32,000 nt of DNA from Desulfoscipio gibsoniae DSM 7213 (GTDB taxonomy: Bacteria; Bacillota; Desulfotomaculia; Desulfotomaculales; Desulfallaceae), in NCBI RefSeq assembly GCF_000233715.2, contig NC_021184.1, positions 4,015,486 through 4,047,485 on the forward strand, given 5' to 3'. Under the pieces are notes generated by a model, which had not been told where the DNA came from, searched no databases, and saw nothing but the letters and a program-made list of their open reading frames with translations. Every line of letters begins with the position of its first letter. Within the stretch, counting starts at the first letter, position 1. Shown one piece after another: positions 16,328-23,901 of the stretch. A program made the position numbers and the translations under genes.

Positions 16328-17644
16328 GTGCTTAGCGGAGGAGGTTTATATAAATTGATAAAACAAAACGATATTTTAAAGAAAATAGTTCACACGGAGG
16401 ATTACCTGAATAGTTTTTTTCTGGAAAGAGAAACTTTGATCTCTTTACTGCTATTAACTATATTTTCCAAGCAAAACATGTTTATTTTAGGCAAGCCGGG
16501 TGTGGCTAAAACAGAACTAGTTAACCAGGCCTCTTTAATGATTAAAAATGCCAGAATTTTTAGATACCTCCTCACAAAATACACCACCCCGGAAGAAATT
16601 TTCGGTTCAATATCTCTTGGCAAGCTGAAAGAGGATCGCTTTTATAGAAAAATTGATAACAAATTAGCTGACGTAGAAATTGGCTTTATCGACGAAATTT
16701 TCAAAGGAAACAGCTCTATACTGAACAGCCTGCTAATGATTGCCAATGAAAAGATTTTTATTAACGATAACGAGGTAGTTAATGTACCCCTGATATCCCT
16801 GTTCGGAGCCTCCAATGAAATCCCGGACGATGAAGAAATGGAAGAATTGCAAGCCTTGTACGACCGGTTTACAATAAAATACATCGCCGAGCCCATTAAA
16901 GATTTTAGAAACTTTTCCAGGCTTCTTTTATCCGGTGATAAGCCGGCACCGGTTGCTGACAGTATGCTTCTGGATCTAGATGAATTATCGATTATATACG
17001 ATGAATCACAAAACATTACACCCGACCAGGATATCTTAAACTTGATATATAAAATAAGGGAATATTGTTATGAAAATAATCATTATGTATCCGATAGAAA
17101 ATTTAGGAATACCGTAAAAGTACTAAAAGTTTGTGCTTATGTTAACGGTAGGTCAAGTATTATCGCCGAAGATTTATTTATAATGCCGTATATGATTTGG
17201 GAAAAGCCAGAGGACTTTTTAACCATTAAACAGGATGTACAGAATATCTTATTTGATCATATCTTCAATAGCATCCTCTCAAAAATATCCATTAGAGTTT
17301 CTGATTCCTTTGCCAAGTTTTTGGATGACTTAATTTTATCTTCAAATAATAATTACAATGAATATACTAAGTGCTACAGCTATTTAAAACCAAAACAAAA
17401 AGAAGACTTAATTATTCAATACCAACTAATAAGAGAATATTTATATAAAATAAGTAGAATTGTTGAGCATTTGGAGGCAGAGATACTATCTTATGAAGCA
17501 AAACAGTATCTTAGAGTTAACCGTTTAATTCACCAGCAAATTAACCTGACTATCAACAACAAATTAGCGGAATTTGTTAGCTATAAAAATAAACTTGATG
17601 GATTAAATGAAAAAATTCAGTCTACACTGCACGAGGGAGACTGA
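16328..17644 (+). CDS. MoxR-class AAA+ ATPase, RavA-like
   Basis: Walker A is GKPGVAKT, Walker B is IGFIDEIFK, sensor-1 is LFGASNE and the Arg finger is ALYDRF. The sensor-2 region VSDRKFRNTVKVLKVCAYVNGRSSIIAEDL parallels E. coli RavA as I recall it. The C-terminal part is coiled-coil-like rather than a recognisable LARA domain. The likely true start is the TTG at 16355, about 10 nt after GGAGGAGG (16337-16344). Confidence 0.85.
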   Translation: MLSGGGLYKLIKQNDILKKIVHTEDYLNSFFLERETLISLLLLTIFSKQNMFILGKPGVAKTELVNQASLMIKNARIFRYLLTKYTTPEEIFGSISLGKLKEDRFYRKIDNKLADVEIGFIDEIFKGNSSILNSLLMIANEKIFINDNEVVNVPLISLFGASNEIPDDEEMEELQALYDRFTIKYIAEPIKDFRNFSRLLLSGDKPAPVADSMLLDLDELSIIYDESQNITPDQDILNLIYKIREYCYENNHYVSDRKFRNTVKVLKVCAYVNGRSSIIAEDLFIMPYMIWEKPEDFLTIKQDVQNILFDHIFNSILSKISIRVSDSFAKFLDDLILSSNNNYNEYTKCYSYLKPKQKEDLIIQYQLIREYLYKISRIVEHLEAEILSYEAKQYLRVNRLIHQQINLTINNKLAEFVSYKNKLDGLNEKIQSTLHEGD

Positions 17645-17646
17645 TT

Positions 17647-19353
17647 ATGAACTATATAAAACATGATCAGTACGACCGGATGTATTTTAATTATCTTGAA
17701 CAAAAATATGATTTAACCAACCTTGTCCAGGGTAATAAAATGAAAATACTAGACAGAGATATGTTATTCGACCTGTACAACATACTTTTTAAAGAACATC
17801 TGGAAGTACTGGCACCTAACAAACGGCAAGTTTCACGTAATGATTATATTAGGTTTTTACTTATTAACAAGATCATGGAAAGCAACTATTTAAAAAAAAT
17901 TAAAAAGTATACTGTCTTTAACGAGCAAAATAGTTATTTATTTATTTCTCAGCTTCTCGATTCTTTTTCCACCTTTAGCATGTGGGAGGATGAAGATACC
18001 GGTGAGACCCAGGAACTTTTGGACTCAGTGGACCAATTGGCCAAAGAAACTAATGATAATTCCCCCGCTAAGTTAGATAACAGCAAAGAGAGAGATTCCG
18101 GGGCTGCCGGCCATGATGAAAATTTACAACAAGATACAAACAAACAATACAGTGACATAACTGATAAAATCTCTAAATATATAAACAACAACGCCACTTT
18201 TTTACAGACCCTTAACCAGTTAGGCTCATTACCCACTCCCGATAAAGTAAAAGGCATCAATACGGTTTATGATCTTAACCAACTTGCAGATAGCCTGGAA
18301 AAACTAAAAAAAGTGTTGACTATGCCCGGCTCAGGATTATCAGAAAGGCTGGAAAAAGATCTGCAAAAATTATCTTTTTATCACGGCGTACCGATAGAAA
18401 AAATAATCATCGATGAAATGGACAAATTTGCACGACAAGTCAGTCAGCAAGTAGAAAAAGATATTAACAAAAAAAAGCAATTATATGACAGTTTAAAGAA
18501 ATTAAGCTCCCACAGCTACTGGGATCTGACCCTGGGCAGCTTGATCCAGACCAACCCTGAATTTTGCTTTTATCTGGCGAACATCATAAAGAGACACCCG
18601 GAAATTTTAAGAATAACTAAATTAGTTGGCAATTTAAAAGAGATTCGGATTCATAAGCAAAAAAAATTACATAAATCCACTTATGAATGCAAAATGAACA
18701 TTTCAACCTCTAATGATATTACAAACCTGATACCCCTGGAGCTTTTGTATTTGGATGAACAACTGGAATATATCTTTTATAATAAATTAATAGAACAAAA
18801 GTTTTATACCTATGATTATAAATCCCGCAGCAACAAGGGCAAAGGGGGCATAATCATCTGCCTTGATACTTCCGGAAGTATGATTGGGGATAAACTTGAT
18901 CTCTTGAAAGCGATCATTCTAAATATCGCTCTGGGTGTGCTAAGACAAAAAAAATACTTTGCCTTAATCAATTTCAGCAGCTCGATGAAAGATGTTTTAC
19001 TGCTGCCCCACAGGCCTGACTTAAAAAAATTTATTAATTTGTTGACCTCTTCATTTTATGGCGGCACCAATTTTGACACACCCATCAAAAGAACGCTGGA
19101 AATAATCGAAAATCTCAAACATCATCGTGAATCAGATATATTAATTTTTACCGACGGTTTCGGTAAACTGAGCGACGAAGTACTAAACAAGCTGAAACGC
19201 AGCCAGAAAAAATATCGCTTTGGCCTGTTTGGTTTTTTAATCGACCATACTTCTAAAAGCAGTGACCTGGCAAATTGCTGCGATAGAATTTTTTATTTAT
19301 CATCCAGTAATTTACTCAAAGACATCCTGAACCAGCTTGGGAGATTGGCTTAA
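17647..19353 (+). CDS. von Willebrand factor A (VWA) domain protein, ViaA-like
   Basis: 568 aa. The C-terminal VWA domain carries MIDAS residues IIICLDTSGSM, ..GGTNF.. and ..LIFTDG. The preceding LEYIFYNKLIEQKFYTY segment resembles the ViaA pre-VWA region. The middle is acidic, low-complexity and probably disordered (about residues 115-170). The start is 2 nt after the ATPase stop, with a GAGGGAG RBS. Confidence 0.85.
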   Translation: MNYIKHDQYDRMYFNYLEQKYDLTNLVQGNKMKILDRDMLFDLYNILFKEHLEVLAPNKRQVSRNDYIRFLLINKIMESNYLKKIKKYTVFNEQNSYLFISQLLDSFSTFSMWEDEDTGETQELLDSVDQLAKETNDNSPAKLDNSKERDSGAAGHDENLQQDTNKQYSDITDKISKYINNNATFLQTLNQLGSLPTPDKVKGINTVYDLNQLADSLEKLKKVLTMPGSGLSERLEKDLQKLSFYHGVPIEKIIIDEMDKFARQVSQQVEKDINKKKQLYDSLKKLSSHSYWDLTLGSLIQTNPEFCFYLANIIKRHPEILRITKLVGNLKEIRIHKQKKLHKSTYECKMNISTSNDITNLIPLELLYLDEQLEYIFYNKLIEQKFYTYDYKSRSNKGKGGIIICLDTSGSMIGDKLDLLKAIILNIALGVLRQKKYFALINFSSSMKDVLLLPHRPDLKKFINLLTSSFYGGTNFDTPIKRTLEIIENLKHHRESDILIFTDGFGKLSDEVLNKLKRSQKKYRFGLFGFLIDHTSKSSDLANCCDRIFYLSSSNLLKDILNQLGRLA

Positions 19354-19377
19354 TTTTATTTATAAATTATAATAACC

Positions 19378-20023
19378 CGACATGGATCAGCAAAGGACAT
19401 TTTTTCCGATTGGCGCCACCGCCAACTGGCCAACAAGCTAACCCTGGAAAGGAGACCTGTCCTGCTGCCGGCAGAATCGCTACAAAATACATTTGCCAGG
19501 CTTATTTCTCCTATTATCATCGAACAGGATATACAGGGCTATGTTAGCTTTCTTAAAACATCAGGGGAGTTCAACGAGCTGGACCAGACAACTTTGAATC
19601 TGGCAGCCTCGGTTTTTGCCCTTAAAATGATGCAGACCCGGACTATAGCAGAAGTAGAAACCCGTCTCAAGGGCAACTTAATTAATGATTTAATTGCAGG
19701 TCACTTTGATTCTGAAAATTCCATCATTGAGAGGGCGACCTATCTGGGCTATAATCTTAACCATCGGTAAGTTGCTGGAGTACGACATTAAACACCAAAC
19801 CCATTTGGTAGAAAACCTGCATCTTTATTTTAATTATGGTGGAAGTATTCAAGATGCTGCTAAAGCTGCCGCTCTCACGCAAAGTGGCTTTAAATATCGC
19901 TTTAAAAAGATTTGTGAGGTGAGCGGCTTTAATTTAAAAGACCCGGATAAAAGATTTGATCTACAAATGGCTTTAAAAATATGGTGTATCACCAGGGGCA
20001 GCGAAAACTTGCCTAACAGCTAA
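19378..20023 (+). pseudogene. Decayed paralogue of the V4R-PucR regulator at 26233-28197: 5'-truncated, internally deleted and frameshifted
   Basis: Frame 1 (19378-19770) reads ..RHGSAKDIFSDWRHRQLANKLTLERRPVLLPAESLQNTFARLISPIIIEQDIQGYVSFLKTSGEFNELDQTTLNLAASVFALKMMQTRTIAEVETRLKGNLINDLIAGHFDSENSIIERATYLGYNLNHR*. This aligns to residues of about 280-409 of the 654-aa protein. Similarity resumes in frame 2 at 19766 (GKLLEYDIKHQTHLVENLHLYFNYGGSIQDAAKAAALTQSGFKYRFKKICEVSGFNLKDPDKRFDLQMALKIWCIT), matching residues of about 569-646. The tracked ORF 19694-20023 starts on a TTG with no RBS, and its first 25 codons are out-of-frame sequence. Confidence 0.8.
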
Positions 20024-20056
20024 ATAATTAACATTTGTATTTTATTAATTCCCCCT

Positions 20057-20095
20057 AAAAGAGAACGCTTCACCCAGTGAGGCGTTCTCTTTTTA
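20057..20095. terminator. Bidirectional rho-independent terminator
   Basis: GAGAACGCTTCAC-CCA-GTGAGGCGTTCTC forms a stem of about 13 bp. It is flanked by AAAA on the left and TTTTT on the right. It serves the plus-strand remnant and, in the opposite direction, the amidohydrolase transcript. Confidence 0.8.
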
Positions 20096-20118
20096 AGTAC
20101 AGCGAACATTACTTATTG

Positions 20119-20202
20119 GATTTCTACCCGAAGACATTCTCCATTTCCCCTGTGACGTTCAACGTTTAACTTTCAACTTTCAACTTTCAACACCCGGCAC
20201 CA
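20119..20202. repeat. Composite dispersed repeat, copy 2 (short form) with three perfect AACTTTC heptads
   Basis: Left arm TTTCTACCCGAAGACATT..CATTTCCCCTGTGACGTTC, then heptads aacgttt, aactttc x3 and aacaccc, then right arm ..CTTTCAACACCCGGCACCA. It ends 3 nt from the stop codon of the amidohydrolase gene. Confidence 0.65.
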
Positions 20203-20204
20203 AG

Positions 20205-21047
20205 TTAAGAAAGTTTAAGCCTGACCCCTAATAATTTTGCGGCATTTTGACCCAAGATTTTATCCTTTGCATCCTCAGCCAAGGGCAGCGCCCGGATGGT
20301 TTCAATATTTTTGCGAACATCCTTGATACTGGGCCAGTCGGAACCAAATATAACTTTATCGGCCACTCTTTCCAGCTCGGGAAAATAGGTAAGCAATTTT
20401 TGCGGCGGCAGCCCTGCAACTTCCATATATACATTTTCGTGGAGCCTGGCCAGGAAAAAAGCGTGTTGATACCAAAAACCCCTGCCGCTGTGCACAATAA
20501 CTATGGGCAGGTCGGGAAAGTCAACAGCCACATCGTCCAGGTAAAGAGGGTCACCGTACTTTAGTCGTGACCCTTTAAAAACTGAGGATCCGGTATGAAA
20601 CATAACCGGAATTCTTAGTGCCTCCGCCTCGGCATAAAGCGGGTAAAGGAAGCTGTCATTAGGATAAAATAATTGGTAAGTAGGATAGAGCTTAACACCC
20701 CGGAAACCGCCGGTCACCAGGCGCTTTAACTCACTTCTCGAATTCGGGGTCATATAGGGGTTAATACTAGCAAAAGGGATAAGCTTTTCTTGTCCCGCAC
20801 AGAACTGCATTACATACTCATTGGAACACATACCAGTGGCCGCAGGACACAGCTCAGCCAAAACAACTCCGTAATCCACACCATTTGCATCCATGTATTT
20901 AACGAACTGATCCGGATCGCAAAACTTGTTATAAAATTCCTGCCAGTCTTCCACTGATTGAGTGTTTTGTACAAAGTCAAGTGAGCTTTGGTTATAATAC
21001 TCATAGTGTATGGGGTGGATGTGAAAATCTATAACGGGATAACTCAT
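20205..21047 (-). CDS. Amidohydrolase_2-family metal-dependent hydrolase/decarboxylase (ACMSD/LigW/gamma-resorcylate decarboxylase superfamily)
   Basis: 280 aa. N-terminal IDFHIH (HxH metal ligands), an internal VMFHTG, IVIVHSG, and C-terminal FGSDWP with the conserved Asp. Confidence 0.8.
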   Translation of the reverse strand: MSYPVIDFHIHPIHYEYYNQSSLDFVQNTQSVEDWQEFYNKFCDPDQFVKYMDANGVDYGVVLAELCPAATGMCSNEYVMQFCAGQEKLIPFASINPYMTPNSRSELKRLVTGGFRGVKLYPTYQLFYPNDSFLYPLYAEAEALRIPVMFHTGSSVFKGSRLKYGDPLYLDDVAVDFPDLPIVIVHSGRGFWYQHAFFLARLHENVYMEVAGLPPQKLLTYFPELERVADKVIFGSDWPSIKDVRKNIETIRALPLAEDAKDKILGQNAAKLLGVRLKLS

Positions 21048-21486
21048 TATTAACCACCTGATTTCATAGTATTTTAAAGAATTTAATAATTAGGTAAACT
21101 GGCACTTGTTTGACAATAAAGGAGGCCTGTTCCCTATCTATAATTATTTATATCACTTTTTCCCGGTTTCCACCAGTGCCTTGCCAAATAGAGCTACCCC
21201 CGGCAACCGCTATTTACGTATCATGTTCGGGTTTTAAACATGCAATTAGCATCCAAACCTTTGTCTAATATTTTACCGGTATTTAAAAATGTCCTTCGCA
21301 AAAAATACTTGGGTTCGGTAAGAAAGAAAGGCCACTACTATCACCTTGTAGCGACCCCATCAATCAAGTTGTTCAAACCACAACCACTACACAGCCTAGC
21401 ACATTATATTCCCCAGCTAGCTGTTAACATTAATATTGCTTGGACAATATTCAATCCACATAAACACTAGCATTTGTGAACTATTT

Positions 21487-22062
21487 TTACATTTCCATTA
21501 TCCCTGGCCATCTTTTCACCAGAGAATTTTCTATCCCTAATTGGTCAAAAACTCGCCCCACCATTTGCTTCATCATATCCTCTATTGTTTTCGGGTGATG
21601 ATAAAAGGAAAGTACCGGGGGCATAATTATTACCCCGAGCCTGGCCAATTTCAGCATATTCTCCAGGTGAATAGGGCTTAACGGGGTTTCACGTACCAGC
21701 AAAATCAACTTACGTCTTTCCTTAATTGTTACGTCAGCAGCACGGTTAATTAAATTATCTGCATAACCGTTAGCTATAGCGGAAAGAGTTTTCATGCTGC
21801 AGGGAGCTATCACCATCCCCTGGTGTAAAAAGGAACCGCTGGCCGGAGGTGAGGCAATATCCCAGGAAGGGAACTGCTGGCTGGCCATTTTACTAATATC
21901 ATCTAATAAATAATCCGTTTCCAGGGCAATTGTTTTTTTAGCCGACTCACTTATGATTAATTGCGTTTCCACGTCAGCTTTATGAAATTCTTCGAGGAGT
22001 TTAATACCGTATATTGATCCGGTGGCACCCGATATCGCTAGAACTATTCTAGTCAAAGACAT
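21487..22062 (-). CDS. ubiX: Flavin prenyltransferase UbiX (prFMN synthase)
   Basis: 191 aa. The pattern RIVLAISGATGSIYGIKLLEE..VIAPCSMKTLSAIANGYADNLINRAADV is typical of the UbiX/Pad1 family. Confidence 0.92.
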   Translation of the reverse strand: MSLTRIVLAISGATGSIYGIKLLEEFHKADVETQLIISESAKKTIALETDYLLDDISKMASQQFPSWDIASPPASGSFLHQGMVIAPCSMKTLSAIANGYADNLINRAADVTIKERRKLILLVRETPLSPIHLENMLKLARLGVIIMPPVLSFYHHPKTIEDMMKQMVGRVFDQLGIENSLVKRWPGIMEM

Positions 22063-22172
22063 TCCCCCTTCTTCATCATAATAGGCCTATTAGCATAAAT
22101 CCAGCTAACCTGCCTTTAAAAGTTAGCAATGTGGAAAACGTTCATAAGCCGGGGAAAATACCGTTTTCGTTT

Positions 22173-22210
22173 GATAAGAAAATAGCCTTCCTGAAGGCTA
22201 TTTTCTTATC
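22173..22210 (-). terminator. Intrinsic terminator immediately after the UbiD-family gene
   Basis: Near-perfect 38-nt palindrome GATAAGAAAATAGCCTTC|CTGAAGGCTATTTTCTTATC. On the minus strand the core AGCCTTC-AG-GAAGGCT is followed by ATTTTCTTAT. It starts 3 nt after the stop at 22213. Confidence 0.7.
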
Positions 22211-22212
22211 AA

Positions 22213-23700
22213 CTACTGATTTTCAAACAACTCCGGGGCAAATTTACCAGGATCTATATCCTTGAACTTGGTTCTTTTAAATCTATCTTTTAAATTATAT
22301 GGTACTGTGCAGTCAAAAATAGTTTTACATGAAATGCCATGGTCCCTAATTAACGGGTTAAAATCAGCATCTTGTGAGGGATCCAACGGGTGACAACGCA
22401 CACCCGGAATAAATATTGTATCAATATCACCCTGGTAACGTGTATTTAGTGCCCACATGACATCGTTACTATCAAATGGATCTACATCTTCATCTACTAA
22501 AATCACATGCTTAAGTTCAGAAAATGCTGAGAATGCCAATAAAGCAGCTTGTCTTTGGCGTCCTTCATCACTTGGCTGGCTCTTTTTAAACTGTAAAACA
22601 GCCATGTATTTACCGCCGCCTGATGAATGTGAATATACATTTAATAATCTGCCCGGCATAGCCTTTTCCACCATTTGCAAGATACTTGCCTCTGTTGGAA
22701 TACCAGCCATATTCACATGTTCTTCACTTGGTCCTATACAAGTCTGCAGTATTGGATTTACGCGATGAGTAATAGCTTTCACCTTGATTACTGGTAACTC
22801 AGGATTAGCTCTCCCTGTGTAACCGGGGAATTCCGGCATTGCTTTTCCTGTATTTGTATTCTGGTCTTCCCTAACACGCACTCCGGGAATTAGTTCACCC
22901 TCTATAACGTATTCGGCATTAGCAATTGCCTTTTCATTAATTGTTAAACATTGAACCAATTCAACAGCTTCTTTCCTAATAGCTCCTGCAATACTTAATT
23001 CATTAAAACCAAGGGGAGTCGTCGGTGGTTCAAAACAAGCGGCAATTTCAATAGCCGGGTCAACGCCTATACTAATAGAAATCGGCAATGGTTTTCCGGC
23101 ATTTTCAGCCTTTTCACGAAATACTGTTAAATGACGGGCTCCTGGAACAAAGTACATGGATATTTCATCTTTGCTTTGTAAACATAGACGGTGGATTGTA
23201 ACATCAGATATTCCCGTTTCAGGATCAGATGCATAACACATACCCATAGTTATGTATGGGCCCGCATCTTCTTCTGTATTAGTGGGTGCAGGAACTAGTT
23301 TTCTAATATCAAAACCCGGCTCATCTGCATAATGAACTACTTCCTGACATTTAGCCTTATCTTTTGAAACTGTAATTGGTTGAATTGGATTTTGAACAGC
23401 ATCATTTAAAAGAAATCCCAGGCGTTCCGGTTTTGTGCCAAGCATCAGCCCTACCCTTTTACGACTTGCCAGTAGTCCTATAATTACTCTAGCACCTTCA
23501 TGACCCTTCACATTGTTGAAAACCATAGCAGGTCCAGTTTGGGTTGGACGCATTACTGTTCCACCAGCACCAACATGACGATAAACTCCTGATATTTCAG
23601 CATGCGGGTCCACCGGTTCGTTGGTTTCGATTAATTGTCCCGGGACTGTTTTTAATAGTTCTATCGCAGAACGTAAATCTTTTATTTTTTGTTCAGACAT
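22213..23700 (-). CDS. UbiD-family prFMN-dependent (de)carboxylase
   Basis: 495 aa, full-length UbiD-like protein (..GGTVMRPTQTGPAMVFNNVKGHEGARVIIGL.., ..EDAGPYITMGMCYASDPETG.., ..LAFSAFSELKHVILVDEDVD..). Adjacent to ubiX. The substrate cannot be told from sequence alone. Confidence 0.9.
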   Translation of the reverse strand: MSEQKIKDLRSAIELLKTVPGQLIETNEPVDPHAEISGVYRHVGAGGTVMRPTQTGPAMVFNNVKGHEGARVIIGLLASRKRVGLMLGTKPERLGFLLNDAVQNPIQPITVSKDKAKCQEVVHYADEPGFDIRKLVPAPTNTEEDAGPYITMGMCYASDPETGISDVTIHRLCLQSKDEISMYFVPGARHLTVFREKAENAGKPLPISISIGVDPAIEIAACFEPPTTPLGFNELSIAGAIRKEAVELVQCLTINEKAIANAEYVIEGELIPGVRVREDQNTNTGKAMPEFPGYTGRANPELPVIKVKAITHRVNPILQTCIGPSEEHVNMAGIPTEASILQMVEKAMPGRLLNVYSHSSGGGKYMAVLQFKKSQPSDEGRQRQAALLAFSAFSELKHVILVDEDVDPFDSNDVMWALNTRYQGDIDTIFIPGVRCHPLDPSQDADFNPLIRDHGISCKTIFDCTVPYNLKDRFKRTKFKDIDPGKFAPELFENQ

Positions 23701-23792
23701 TCAATTACCTCCGTTCAGCAAGTACTTAGCTGGCTCCTATCGACTAGCTGCCAGCGATTGTTTCAGTTGCCTGGTAACATGTTAAGTATTTA

Positions 23793-23852
23793 ACGGATCC
23801 CCTGGTGTAAGCGGCTCAAAGCATTTTCGAGTCATACCGCTTAGGGATCCGT
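23793..23852 (-). other. Long two-tier hairpin in the 200-nt spacer upstream of the UbiD-family gene
   Basis: The outer stem pairs ACGGATCCC (23793-23801) with GGGATCCGT (23844-23852). The inner stem pairs AAGCGG (23809-23814) with CCGCTT (23837-23842). No U-tract follows on the transcribed strand, so it is not a classical terminator. Confidence 0.45.
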
Positions 23853-23901
23853 CAAATAATGTTAAATTGCTAGAATAAACAAGGGCCGTGCGGACGATAG
23901 A

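Noticed and set aside
16100-19375. Calling the AT-rich cassette a mobile element
   Set aside because: I could not find a transposase, integrase or recombinase gene, terminal inverted repeats, or flanking direct (target-site) duplications. Only compositional contrast and the truncated neighbour support acquisition, so it is reported as a finding and not annotated as a mobile element.
19694-20023. A 109-aa ORF that could be annotated as an intact small HTH regulator
   Set aside because: It starts at a TTG immediately after a TAA and has no Shine-Dalgarno sequence. Its first ~25 codons are the out-of-frame continuation of the upstream regulator fragment. It is better explained as the tail of a frameshifted pseudogene.
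21101-21116. A perfect TGGCAC on the plus strand, followed by TTGTTTGACA and AAAGGAGG
   Set aside because: The spacing to any TTGC-like -12 element is off by one and the GC is missing. No start codon or ORF follows the AGGAGG, and the nearest genes are on the other strand.
21240-21470. A 76-aa plus-strand ORF in the ubiX/amidohydrolase spacer
   Set aside because: It has no RBS and a composition unlike a real protein. It is on the strand opposite to all neighbouring genes, and no motif is recognisable.
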